From: a bacterium
Lineage (GTDB): Archaea; Thermoplasmatota; E2; JACPAO01; JAHFTW01
Reading direction: 5' to 3'
NCBI GenBank assembly: GCA_040390065.1
Contig: JAZJZE010000009.1
Location: 96,001-160,000 of the forward strand
Length of the DNA stretch: 64,000 nt
Position numbers and translations under genes: made by a program
Shown: positions 20,202 to 29,597 of the stretch, piece by piece
How positions within the stretch are numbered: the first letter of the stretch is position 1
Layout of the letters: each line of letters begins with the position of its first letter
Notes under the pieces: generated by a model
The model's database searches: none
Seen by the model: only the letters and a program-made list of their open reading frames with translations
Told to the model about the DNA's origin: nothing

Positions 20202-20644
20202 TCCTCGTCGCCGCCGAGCATCCCCTCGTCCAGCGGCATGAGATGACGCAGCGTGTAGCCTTCGGCTTGCACCATGTCAGACAATTTCTTGCGCAACTTG
20301 CCCAACTCCAAGCGCGTCTCGTACCGCTTCTCGAATGTCGGGACCTGCTGCTCCACGGCGCCACCTTCCGTGGCAGGCCCGACGAGGAAAGCCTGCTCCT
20401 TCTCGCGCAGGGCACCGCCCAGATCGAGGCCAGGGTGTTGCACGCGCTCCCACAACGTGTCCTCGAAATACAGCACGGCATCGCCCTCCTCTTCGTCCAA
20501 GTTCAGCCGGTAGCGCAGGTGACGCAATTCGCTGCCCGCATGACGCTCCGCGAGAGTGAGCTCGACGACCCAGTGACCGTCACCACCGTCGACGTCGGCA
20601 TGCAGTTGCCGACCGTACTGGCGGATGGCCTCGTCGAGACCCAC
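20198..20644 (-). CDS. Hypothetical acidic protein
   Basis: 148-aa ORF with protein-like composition, convergent stop overlap with the methyltransferase. Confidence 0.6.
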   Translation of the reverse strand: MGLDEAIRQYGRQLHADVDGGDGHWVVELTLAERHAGSELRHLRYRLNLDEEEGDAVLYFEDTLWERVQHPGLDLGGALREKEQAFLVGPATEGGAVEQQVPTFEKRYETRLELGKLRKKLSDMVQAEGYTLRHLMPLDEGMLGGDED

Positions 20645-20755
20645 GATGGCACTACGGGCCGTGCAGGTTCATGGACATTCCGTTTGCGCCCAAACAAGGA
20701 TTCTTGCCGGCGTACTCACCCCAACCCCAAAACGGCACGCCGCCGCGACGCGCCA

Positions 20756-20981
20756 AGTGCACAGTTCGGGATTTGGCGGCCCGGTGCCAAGCACCGGCCC
20801 GTAACCACGCGCCACGGCGCCAGGCAAACCCAAGCGGGCCCTAGCTCGCTTCGCTCGCAGTGCACCGTTCGGGATTTGGCGGCCCGGTGCCAAGCACCGG
20901 CCCGTAACCACGCGCCACGGCGCCAGGCAAACCCAAACGGGCCCTAGCTCGCTGCGCTCGCAGTGCACCGTTCGGGATTTG
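20756..20981. repeat. tRNA-linked tandem repeat with 103-bp period; each unit carries the tRNA-Gly 3' end
   Basis: AGTGCAC(C/A)GTTCGGGATTTG at 20756, 20859 and 20962; the intervening sequences are near-identical. Confidence 0.93.
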
Positions 20982-21034
20982 AACCCGAGCTGACAGCTTG
21001 GAAGGCTGAAGTCATACCCCTAGACCAACGGTGC
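20964..21034 (-). tRNA. tRNA-Gly(TCC), no encoded CCA
   Basis: Reverse complement GCACCGTTGGTCTAGGGGTATGACTTCAGCCTTCCAAGCTGTCAGCTCGGGTTCAAATCCCGAACGGTGCA folds as a cloverleaf with anticodon TCC. Confidence 0.95.
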
Positions 21035-21223
21035 GGGCAAGGTCGCCGACACCGGCCCGGTCTTTGAGTGCATCGGCACGCAATGGCGGCGCGGACACGG
21101 TACTGAAGTTGGGGTTCCTTCAGGCAACTGAAGAGACCTCCAGAACCCTGCGCTGCACCGGCGGCCGTCCGATTTCGCCCATCCCCCGGCAGGCCTCATG
21201 CGGCGCAGCGTCATGGGTGGCGT

Positions 21224-21391
21224 ATGTCGAATCCGCCGTGGATGGTGACGCTCGTGGTGCCTGCGGAGTTGCGGGAGCGGCTCGAGGAAAGGAAGTTGCA
21301 CCGGCGCCAGCCGTTTCATGAGGTGATCCGGCTGGCTTTGGATGTGGCAGAGGAGAGGTTGCCGTCGCAGAGGCTGGACCCGCCGTTGTAG
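21224..21391 (+). CDS. Small ribbon-helix-helix-like protein (55 aa, not in ORF track)
   Basis: MSNPPWMVTLVVPAELRERLEERKLHRRQPFHEVIRLALD... has a beta-helix-helix pattern like archaeal RHH proteins. Confidence 0.6.
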   Translation: MSNPPWMVTLVVPAELRERLEERKLHRRQPFHEVIRLALDVAEERLPSQRLDPPL

Positions 21392-21392
21392 G

Positions 21393-23852
21393 TTAGGCGG
21401 CCTTGGCGCCGCGCTTCTTGGCCGGTTTTGCCACGACCTCTTCGTCGGTGGCTTCGTCCTTCTTGCCTTTGCTCTTCTCGGTGCGGATGTTGGAGGGGCA
21501 TCCCATGTTGATGCAGATGTCCCATGGCTTGCGGCCTTTGGTGATGACGAGGACGCGGGGCGCGCTGCAGGTCGGGCAGACGACGCCGTCGTACTGGATG
21601 GCGCCGCGCTGGGGGAGCGGGTATGTCTGGGCGCCGCGTTCGTCGGCTTTGCAGTCGGCGTTGTCGCACTTGACGTAGCGTTTGAAGTTGCGGCTGCGTG
21701 TGACTTGCAGCGTGCCTTTCTTGCACGTTGGGCAGGTGCCCAGGGCCATCTTCTCGGCCTCGACGGCCGCTTGCCTTGTTGGGCATTCGCCGTTGACGCA
21801 GAATTCCTGCTTGCGGCCGCGGTCGTCGTGCAGCATGTAGGGGGCGCCGCAGGTTGCGCAGGGTTCGTCCCGGAACTCGATGCGGCCGCGGACGGGGAGG
21901 TTGTATGTGACGCGGCAGTCGGGGTAGCCTTTGCAGCCGATGAACTGGCCGCCGAAGCGGTTTTGGCGCACGATGAGTTGTTTGCCGCAACTCGGGCAAC
22001 TGCCGGCGTCGGCGTCTTCGTCGAGGGCGATGCGGACGGCGCTGCCGATTGCGTCCTTGTGTTCCAGGAGCGTGTCGATGACCCCATGCAGGAGTGTCCG
22101 TGAGTCTCCCAGCGTCTCGTCGAGGCTGCGCTTGCCGTCGGCGATCTGGTCCATCTCGTCTTCGAGTTGCTTGGTCATGTCGGCGCGCGTGATGCGGCCG
22201 GCGTGTTCTTCGAGGGCCGCCGTCACCGCGAAGCCGACGACCGTCGGCGCCACGGGGCTTTCCGTGATGTAGTTGCGGTCGATGAGTTTCTGGATCATGT
22301 CGTGGCGGGTGGCCTTCGTGCCGATGCCGAGTTCTTCCATTTTCGCGATGAGGCTGCCCTGGCCGAAGCGGCTTGGCGGCTGGGTCTCCTTGGCGTGGAC
22401 GCGGACGTCCGTGACGGGGAGGACCTGGCCCCCCTTGACGGCGGGAAGGGGCCGCTCGTCCGGGGCGGCGTATGGGTACACTTGGCGCCAGCCGGCAAAC
22501 AGCGTGACTTGGCCCGTCGTGCGTAGGGGCTCGCCGCCGGCGTCGAAGCGGATGGTCGTTTGTTGCACGCGTGCGTCGGGGCTGAGGGTTGCGAGGAAGC
22601 GGCGGGCGATGAGTTCCCATACCTTGCGGCCTTGCTCGTCGACCTTTGCGTCGGGTCCAGGGACGGCGGTCGGGTAGATGGGCGGGTGGTCCGTCGTCTC
22701 TTTTTTGCCGCGGGTCGGCGTCTCGCGCCGGTTCTTCGCGACCCATTTTGCGTCGGCTGCGGTCGGGCCGCGCTGTAGCATGGTGACGAGCTCGGCGAGG
22801 TCGAGTGTGGGTGGGTAGACGGTGTTCTCGGTGCGGTGGTAGGAGATGAAGCCGTCGAGGTACAGTCGCTGTGCGATGTCCATGGCGCGCTTGACGCCCA
22901 TGCCGAAGCGGCTCGAGCATTCGGCTTGGAACGTCGTCGTGCTAAACGGCGAGGGCGCGCGCGCAGTGCGCTCCTTGCCTTCCACGGAGAGGACCTTCGC
23001 CTTGCCGGCCTTGCGGATGGCGTCGCGCGCCTTGTCCGCCTCCTTGCCGTTCTGGAACTTGCCCTCGAGGGAGAAGCCCTTCTCCTCGTCGGAGTCCTCG
23101 GCCTTGGTGGTCTTGTAGCCGGATTTCTCGTGGTGCGCCAGGACGCAGACGGGTGCAGCGTCCAAGTCGGCCTCGACCTCCCAGTAACCTTGCGGCATGA
23201 AGGCGAGGCGCTCCTTCTCGCGGTCGACGACGAGTCCAAGGGTCGGCGTCTGGACGCGGCCCACGGACAGGAAGCCGCGGCCGCGGCGACCGCCGGCCAC
23301 GGAGAGGTAACGCGTCAAGGCGGCGCCCCATGCGAGGTCGATGATTTGCCGGGCCTCGCCGGCTTGGGCGAGCTTGTAGTCCACGTCCTGCAGGTGGGTA
23401 AAGGCGTCGCCGACCTCCTTGGCGGTGAAGCTGGAGTACTTGGCGCGACGGATCTCCTTGCCTTTGAGGGCGGTGCCGAGGGCCTCGAGCGCCTCGACGC
23501 CGATGAGTTCCCCTTCGCGGTCGTAGTCCGTCGCGACGATGATGCGGTCGGCCAGCTTGGCTGCGGCGACGAGGGATTTGACGATGGCTTCCTCGGTGAC
23601 GGCCTTCTCGACGGGGGCGTCGATGAGGGCGTGCAGCTTCGGCGGGTCGAGCGTCCAACGGCTGTGACCCTTCGCGAAGTCGAGTTCGACGATGTGTCCG
23701 CGCAAGCCGATGACCGTCGCGGGTCCGCCGCCCCATTCCATGTCGTAGGCGGGCACGCCGGCACCGCGGCGCTGTTTGGCCTTGCCGCCGGAGAGCGCCT
23801 TGGCAATCTGCTTGGCGGCATCGTTCTTCTCGCAGATAATGAGCGTCTTCAT
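21393..23852 (-). CDS. topA: DNA topoisomerase I (type IA) with C-terminal zinc ribbons
   Basis: IICEK, ATDYDREGE, SVGRVQTPTL, catalytic ISYHRT, GIGTKATR, several C4 ribbons. Confidence 0.96.
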   Translation of the reverse strand: MKTLIICEKNDAAKQIAKALSGGKAKQRRGAGVPAYDMEWGGGPATVIGLRGHIVELDFAKGHSRWTLDPPKLHALIDAPVEKAVTEEAIVKSLVAAAKLADRIIVATDYDREGELIGVEALEALGTALKGKEIRRAKYSSFTAKEVGDAFTHLQDVDYKLAQAGEARQIIDLAWGAALTRYLSVAGGRRGRGFLSVGRVQTPTLGLVVDREKERLAFMPQGYWEVEADLDAAPVCVLAHHEKSGYKTTKAEDSDEEKGFSLEGKFQNGKEADKARDAIRKAGKAKVLSVEGKERTARAPSPFSTTTFQAECSSRFGMGVKRAMDIAQRLYLDGFISYHRTENTVYPPTLDLAELVTMLQRGPTAADAKWVAKNRRETPTRGKKETTDHPPIYPTAVPGPDAKVDEQGRKVWELIARRFLATLSPDARVQQTTIRFDAGGEPLRTTGQVTLFAGWRQVYPYAAPDERPLPAVKGGQVLPVTDVRVHAKETQPPSRFGQGSLIAKMEELGIGTKATRHDMIQKLIDRNYITESPVAPTVVGFAVTAALEEHAGRITRADMTKQLEDEMDQIADGKRSLDETLGDSRTLLHGVIDTLLEHKDAIGSAVRIALDEDADAGSCPSCGKQLIVRQNRFGGQFIGCKGYPDCRVTYNLPVRGRIEFRDEPCATCGAPYMLHDDRGRKQEFCVNGECPTRQAAVEAEKMALGTCPTCKKGTLQVTRSRNFKRYVKCDNADCKADERGAQTYPLPQRGAIQYDGVVCPTCSAPRVLVITKGRKPWDICINMGCPSNIRTEKSKGKKDEATDEEVVAKPAKKRGAKAA

Positions 23853-24073
23853 GGCCGATTCGCGGCAGCGACCGGCGATTCCGGGTGCCGCGGCGCGGCC
23901 GAGGCTGGGAGTCCTTGAAATGGCTTTGCCATGATGCATGAACGTGCCACCCCCTACGGGGGTGACGCCGGGACGGCGTCGGCGGCGCGCCTGCGGGCCG
24001 ACCCGCCGGCGGGCCGGCAGGGGGCTCGGCGAAGTCCCCAAATAGTCCCCGACTTTCGAAGGAGCGGTCGGTT

Positions 24074-24481
24074 ATGGACGAGGTGGACCGCCAGATTGTT
24101 GCGCTTCTACGGCAAAACGCGCGTGAATCGTTCACGCGGATTGCCGAACAGGTCGGGACGTCGGAGGGGACCGTGCGGGCCCGCGTGAAGCGCCTCACGG
24201 ACGATGGCACGATCCGCCAGTTTACCATCCGCACCGCTGGCTCGCACGTCAAGGCCCTGGTCGAAGTGAGCGTCACGGCCAACGTCCACTCGAACGAGAT
24301 CGCGAAGAAGATCCGCACCTGGCCTGGCGTCGACGCCGTCTGGGAAGTGACGGGCGACAACGACATCATGGTCGTCGCCGACTGCCCCAGCACGGAGGAC
24401 TTGAACGGCATCATCGACAAGATCCGCGACGTGCCGGGGACGCAGGCGACGCGCAGCCGGCTCATCCTCAAGGAGCATTGA
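24074..24481 (+). CDS. Lrp/AsnC family transcriptional regulator
   Basis: MDEVDRQIVALLRQNARESF...SEGTVRARVKRL HTH plus RAM domain (EVTGDNDI). Confidence 0.93.
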   Translation: MDEVDRQIVALLRQNARESFTRIAEQVGTSEGTVRARVKRLTDDGTIRQFTIRTAGSHVKALVEVSVTANVHSNEIAKKIRTWPGVDAVWEVTGDNDIMVVADCPSTEDLNGIIDKIRDVPGTQATRSRLILKEH

Positions 24482-24645
24482 GCACGCCGCACAACGACTT
24501 GCCGCACCTTCGCGAACTCTCCTGCTGCAAGTCGGAACCCGAGTGCCCGCTCTGTCCGCTCCTACCGCAGAATGCTCACCGCAGCCTCAAGGAATTGGCG
24601 GAGGCCGGGCTGTACGCGAACCTCAAGGGGCGACGCGCGGAATGA
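24478..24645 (+). CDS. Small Cys-rich protein (55 aa, CC-x5-C-x2-C; not in ORF track)
   Basis: TTG start overlaps the Lrp stop (TTGA); ...LSCCKSEPECPLCPLLP... Confidence 0.55.
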   Translation: MSTPHNDLPHLRELSCCKSEPECPLCPLLPQNAHRSLKELAEAGLYANLKGRRAE

Positions 24646-25237
24646 TTGCGAACCCACGCGGCCCCAGGCCGGCGAGAAATCCCGTCAGGTGGTAGACGAA
24701 GATGAACGGACCCGTGAAGCCGCCAAGGCCGGCGGCGGCCTCGAACACGACGACCGTCGCCCCCAAGCCGAGCGCAAGAAGCGGCGAAGCGATGCCGGCC
24801 ACGGCCATGCCCGCCGTTGCGTAGGCGACGACGCTGAAGCCGACGAGCGGGATGGTCATCGCCTGCACGGCGTACGGCAAGCCGGCCGCCGCAAGCGGGC
24901 GAACGACGGCAAGGTGCAGGAGCAGGACTCCGAACAGGCTGACGGCGTAGGCGCTGGCCAGCGTCGCCCAGAGGCTTTGGCCGCGGATGGCAAACGGGAA
25001 GGCGAGCGAGAAGAGCGCCACATTGAAGGCCAAGTGGATCGGCGTCGTGTGGAAGAAGCCCGCCACGACGTGGTTCCACCACCGGCTCAGGGTCGTTTCC
25101 GGCGTGATGGCGACCGCGTTCAACGTCGTGCTCCGGATGGTGAACGTGCCGCCGCTTGCAAACACGTGGACGACGACTAGGAGGCAAACGACGCCGAGCC
25201 ATACGGCAAGGCCGCGGCCGTTCGGGTACAAGTCCAC
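24623..25237 (-). CDS. Rhomboid-like intramembrane serine protease
   Basis: FFH...HLAFN, VGFS (Ser), YHLTG (His) in TM helices; start inferred. Confidence 0.7.
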   Translation of the reverse strand: MDLYPNGRGLAVWLGVVCLLVVVHVFASGGTFTIRSTTLNAVAITPETTLSRWWNHVVAGFFHTTPIHLAFNVALFSLAFPFAIRGQSLWATLASAYAVSLFGVLLLHLAVVRPLAAAGLPYAVQAMTIPLVGFSVVAYATAGMAVAGIASPLLALGLGATVVVFEAAAGLGGFTGPFIFVYHLTGFLAGLGPRGFAIIPRVAP

Positions 25238-25284
25238 GTCCGCCCCGATGCCTCGTCGCTGGATGAGGCCGTCGTCCGCGCACG

Positions 25285-25938
25285 CTAGCGCGTCGCCTGC
25301 CAGGCATTGATGCCGTCGAAGACGTACTGCACCGCGAAGGCGACCGTCAGCAGGCCCATGATGCGCGTGATGACGCGGCGGCCGTTCTCGCCGATGACGT
25401 GGCTGGCGCGGCTTGCCGCAAGAAGGATGAGAAGCGATGCGAGCATCGTGACGGCGATGGCCAGGCCGAGGACCCAACCGTTGAAGCGCGCGTCCGTGCC
25501 CTGGACGATGACCAACGTAATAGCGCCAGGACCCGCAAGCATGGGCAAGCCGAGCGGGACGAGGCTGGGGTCATGGGCCACGGGCCGGCCCGTTGGGTGC
25601 GCGCCTCCGGTGGCGACTTGCAGTTCGGCTTGGCCAAGCTTGTCCTGCGGGACCTCCTCGCCTTCCTTCAGCATGTTCAGGCCGATGAGTGTGAGCAGGA
25701 TGCCGCCGGCCACGCGCAGGCTGTAGAGTTCGATGCCGAGGTAGCGCAGGATGGCTTGGCCTGCCACGGCGAAGCACGCGAGAACCGCGCCGGCGAAGAA
25801 CGTGGCCCGAACGGCGACGCGGTCGCGGCCTTCGGCGTCGTGGCGCGTCGTCAAGCCCAGAAAGAGTCCGATGGAGGCGAGCGGGTCGACGACCACGAAG
25901 AGCGGCACGAAGGCGAGCAGGAAGCCGCTTGCATCCAC
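25285..25938 (-). CDS. MarC family membrane protein
   Basis: LFVVVDPL, RVAGGILL, VPLGLPMLAGPGAIT, TRIMGLL. Confidence 0.93.
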   Translation of the reverse strand: MDASGFLLAFVPLFVVVDPLASIGLFLGLTTRHDAEGRDRVAVRATFFAGAVLACFAVAGQAILRYLGIELYSLRVAGGILLTLIGLNMLKEGEEVPQDKLGQAELQVATGGAHPTGRPVAHDPSLVPLGLPMLAGPGAITLVIVQGTDARFNGWVLGLAIAVTMLASLLILLAASRASHVIGENGRRVITRIMGLLTVAFAVQYVFDGINAWQATR

Positions 25939-26053
25939 GGCCCTCGCACTGGCCGCGCATACATGAGCGTGCGGCCGGCAACGCCGCGCACATCGCGTGA
26001 AGACAGCGGCGACCGGCAGGGCTATGCGGCATCGCCGAGGTCCGCGCCCTGCC

Positions 26054-27400
26054 ATGGCCGTCACGGGGAAGGAGACGAAGCCGAACGTGCGCACGCCGAT
26101 GCCGGGCCCCAAGACGCGGGCCATCGTGGCGCGCGACGCCAAGTTCCTTGTCACGACGACGAAGACGGCGCCGGTCGCCGCCACGCAGGGCCGCGGCGTC
26201 GTCGTGGAGGACGCGGACGGCAACGTGCTACTGGACTTTGCCGCGGGCATCGGGGTGCTCAACACGGGTCACTGTCACCCGCGCGTGGTCAAGGCGGTGC
26301 AGGAGCAGGCCGCGAAGCTCATGCACTTTGCCGGGACCGATTACTACTACGACATCCAGACGCGGTTGGCTGAGCGCATCGGGCAGAAGCTGCCCATCGC
26401 GGGGCCCACGAAACTGTTCTACTGCCAGTCCGGCACGGAGGCCAACGAGGCCGCCATCAAGGTGGCAAAGCACCACTCGGGCCGCCCCCTGTTCCTCGCC
26501 TTCCTCGGCGCCTTCCACGGCCGCACGCAGGGCTCCCTGTCGCTCACGGCGTCGAAGATCCGGCAGAAGGAGGGCTTCTTCCCGACCATGCCGGGCGTCT
26601 TCCACACGCCCTTCCCCAACCCGTACCGGAACATGTGGCACATCGACGGTTACGACGAGCCCGAGGAACTTGCGAACCGCGCCATCGAGGCCATCGAGGT
26701 GCTGTTCGAGACGCTCATGCCGCCGCATGACACCGCCGCCTGTTTCTGGGAACCGGTGCAAGGCGAGGGCGGATACGTGGTCCCGCCGCCCATGTTCCCG
26801 AAGATGCTGCGCAAGCTCTGCGACGAACACGGCATCCTGCTTGCCGCCGACGAGGTACAGACGGGCTTTGGCCGCACGGGCAAATGGTTCGCGGCGGAGC
26901 ACTTCGGCGTCAAGGCCGACATCGTCTCCATCGCCAAGGCCATGGGATCGGGCTTCCCCATCGGCGGCTGCGCCATCCGCGCGGACCTGGATTTCCGTCA
27001 GAAGGGCAAGCACTCCAACACGTACGGCGGCAACCTCGTCGGCTGCGCGGCCGGGCTTGCGACCTTGGACGTGCTCGAGGACGAGGGGCTGGTGGCGAAC
27101 TCGGCGAAGATGGGCAAGCGCATGGCCAGGCGCTTGGACGAACTCAAGGCCAAACATTCGGGGATTGGCGACCACCGCGGCCTTGGCCTCATGCGTGCCC
27201 TGGAGTTCGTCGACGGCAAGGGCAAGCCGGATGCCGCCTTGCGCGACGCCGTCGAGGAAGCGTCATGGAAGCGCGGCGTCGTGCTGCTCGGCACGGGCAA
27301 GTCCAGCCTGCGCATCATCCCGGCCCTCAACGTCAACGCAGCGCAAGTCGACGCGGCGATGGATGTTCTTGGCGAGGCGCTGACTTCGGCGAAGGCGTAA
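26054..27400 (+). CDS. Class III PLP aminotransferase (4-aminobutyrate/acetylornithine type)
   Basis: SGTEANEAA, FHGRT, EPVQGEGG, DEVQTGFGRTG, IAK. Confidence 0.93.
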   Translation: MAVTGKETKPNVRTPMPGPKTRAIVARDAKFLVTTTKTAPVAATQGRGVVVEDADGNVLLDFAAGIGVLNTGHCHPRVVKAVQEQAAKLMHFAGTDYYYDIQTRLAERIGQKLPIAGPTKLFYCQSGTEANEAAIKVAKHHSGRPLFLAFLGAFHGRTQGSLSLTASKIRQKEGFFPTMPGVFHTPFPNPYRNMWHIDGYDEPEELANRAIEAIEVLFETLMPPHDTAACFWEPVQGEGGYVVPPPMFPKMLRKLCDEHGILLAADEVQTGFGRTGKWFAAEHFGVKADIVSIAKAMGSGFPIGGCAIRADLDFRQKGKHSNTYGGNLVGCAAGLATLDVLEDEGLVANSAKMGKRMARRLDELKAKHSGIGDHRGLGLMRALEFVDGKGKPDAALRDAVEEASWKRGVVLLGTGKSSLRIIPALNVNAAQVDAAMDVLGEALTSAKA

Positions 27401-27402
27401 GC

Positions 27403-28038
27403 CTACGGCGCCTTGGCGGCCTTGCTGCGTCCCGCTGCGACCGTCCACGCGCCCCAGCCCAACAGCATGACGGCGGATCCGGCGGCGGCGAGCGCCATGT
27501 CTTCCACGGAGTCGAAGGCGTCGCCCTGCTGGCCCAGGAACGCGTCTGCCGCGTTGGGGTCGACGACGACGGCCGTGGCCCATTCGAGGATCTCGTAGAG
27601 GGCGCTCGTGGCGACGATGAACTGCAGCGCAAGAACCCCGGCGCGCGGACCCGTGGCCCACTGCGCCCGGCGGAAGAGTTCCGCGGCCGGGTAGGTGAGC
27701 AGCAGGCCGTAGCCCGCGTGCACGAGGCGGTCGTAGACGTTGGCGTGCGCCCCCGCAGGCCCCCAGTAAAAGTGGGGCACGTGGTTGTACGTCCAGTGCG
27801 AGCCGAGCACGTGCATCGAGACGAAGACGAAGAGCAGCACGTACGACGTCGCCGAGAAGCGGAACCACCGGTACGTGACGACGAGGGCGGGCACGGTGAG
27901 GAACACGAGGATGTTCTCGAGGAACCAGTCAAAGCGGTAGAGTGGGCTGATTGCTGCCCACGTCCACAGCGCAAGGAACGCGGCAAGCAGGGCCGCGGGC
28001 ACGAGGTGACCTTCGGGCTGCCTCGTCCAACGACCCAC
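27403..28038 (-). CDS. DUF2238/YjdF-like membrane protein
   Basis: DWFLEN, YDRLVH, YEILEW, FLGQQGDAFDSVEDM. Confidence 0.85.
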   Translation of the reverse strand: MGRWTRQPEGHLVPAALLAAFLALWTWAAISPLYRFDWFLENILVFLTVPALVVTYRWFRFSATSYVLLFVFVSMHVLGSHWTYNHVPHFYWGPAGAHANVYDRLVHAGYGLLLTYPAAELFRRAQWATGPRAGVLALQFIVATSALYEILEWATAVVVDPNAADAFLGQQGDAFDSVEDMALAAAGSAVMLLGWGAWTVAAGRSKAAKAP

Positions 28039-28059
28039 GCAGCGCGAGTCGCCGTGAGG

Positions 28060-29538
28060 CTACTTCAGGCCACCGGCGGGAAAGGCGCGAACCGCGCGAA
28101 GGGCGAGCCGCCATGCGGCGACGCGGCGCTTGACCTCGCTTGCCGCCATGCGCGGCCGTACCGTCGAGTCACCGCTACGCGGCCGGCGCACATCGGCGAT
28201 GCCCCACAAGTCGACGGCCATGCCGGCCAGGTAGGCAGCGCCCATCGCCGTCGTCTCCACGTTGGCCGGCCGCACGACGGGCCGCGCCAGGATGTCGGCC
28301 TGGAACTGCAGAAGCGGTGCGCTCTGGCTGGCGCCGCCGTCGGCGCGCAGGCGAGGGATGCGTGTCCCCGAGTCCTTCTCCATCGCCCAGAGCACGTCGG
28401 CGGACTGCAAGGCGATGCCCTCGAGGGCTGCGCGCGCGATGTGGCGGCGGTCGGAGCCGCGCGTCAGGCCGAGGATGGCGCCGCGGGCCGCCGGGTCCCA
28501 GTGGGGGGCCCCGAGCCCGGTGAAGGCGGGGACGACGTGGACGCCGCCGGCGTCGTCCACCTCGGCGGCAAGCTTGTCGACCTCGGGGGCCGCCCGGATC
28601 ATGCCGAGCTGGTCGCGCATCCATTGGATGGCGGCCCCTGCCGTGAAGACGGAGCCTTCGAGCGCGAACTGGGCCTTGCCGGTGGAGGCCGCCCGCGTCG
28701 AGAGGAGGCCGTGGCGACTGCGCACCTTCGACGCGCCCGTGTGCTGCAGCAGAAAGCAGCCGGTGCCGTACGTGTTCTTGGCTTCGCCGGCGCGGGTGCA
28801 GCCTTGGCCGAAGAGCGCTGACTGTTGGTCGCCGACGAGCGAGGCCACGGGCACGGCGGGGCCTGCGACGTCGGTCGTGCCGATGGTGCCGGAGGACGGC
28901 ACGATCTCCGGCAGCATCGCAGCGGGGACGCCGAACAGATCGAGCATCTCCTGGTCCCATGTGCCGCGCTCGAGGTCCATGAGCAGCGTCCGGCTTGCAT
29001 TCGTGGCGTCGGTTACGTGCCGGCCGGTCAAGTTCCATGCGAGCCACGAATCGATGGTGCCGAACGCGAGTCGCCCTTCCTTGGCTCGCAGCCGCAGCCG
29101 GTCGTCGCGCAGCAGCCATTGAACCTTGGTCGCCGAGAAGTAAGGGTCGAGGACCAATCCGGTGCGGCGGCGCACGGCGGCCTCCCAGCGCGGCTTCAAC
29201 TTGGCGCACACGTCCGCAGTACGCCGGTCCTGCCACACAATTGCAGGCGCCACGGGTTTCCCGGTACGCCGGTCCCATACGACGGTCGTCTCGCGTTGGT
29301 TGGTGACGCCGATGGCAGAGAGTTGGTTGGCACCGATGCGCGCCGCGGCGATGGCCTCGGCCATGGTCTGCCGTGTGAGGTGCCAGATGGCCTGCGCGTC
29401 CTGCTCGACCCAACCGGGCTGCGGATACGATTGCGGCACCTCGCGATACGCCCGCGCCACGACCGCCCCTTCGGCATCGACGACGAGCGACGTGACCCCC
29501 GTCGTCCCCTCGTCCACGGCCAGCACGAAGCCCTTCAC
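28060..29538 (-). CDS. glpK: Glycerol kinase
   Basis: DEGTTG, TNQRETT, DPYFSATK, GDQQSALFGQ, KNTYGTGCF. Confidence 0.95.
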   Translation of the reverse strand: MKGFVLAVDEGTTGVTSLVVDAEGAVVARAYREVPQSYPQPGWVEQDAQAIWHLTRQTMAEAIAAARIGANQLSAIGVTNQRETTVVWDRRTGKPVAPAIVWQDRRTADVCAKLKPRWEAAVRRRTGLVLDPYFSATKVQWLLRDDRLRLRAKEGRLAFGTIDSWLAWNLTGRHVTDATNASRTLLMDLERGTWDQEMLDLFGVPAAMLPEIVPSSGTIGTTDVAGPAVPVASLVGDQQSALFGQGCTRAGEAKNTYGTGCFLLQHTGASKVRSRHGLLSTRAASTGKAQFALEGSVFTAGAAIQWMRDQLGMIRAAPEVDKLAAEVDDAGGVHVVPAFTGLGAPHWDPAARGAILGLTRGSDRRHIARAALEGIALQSADVLWAMEKDSGTRIPRLRADGGASQSAPLLQFQADILARPVVRPANVETTAMGAAYLAGMAVDLWGIADVRRPRSGDSTVRPRMAASEVKRRVAAWRLALRAVRAFPAGGLK

Positions 29539-29597
29539 GCCGCCGGCACCGCCGCCGGGCCCATCAAGGCTTTGTCGCGCACGCGCGTGCCGCGCCT

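Noticed and set aside
20756-20981. CRISPR array
   Set aside because: The intervening sequences are near-identical, the repeat is the tRNA 3' end, and there are no cas genes in the window.
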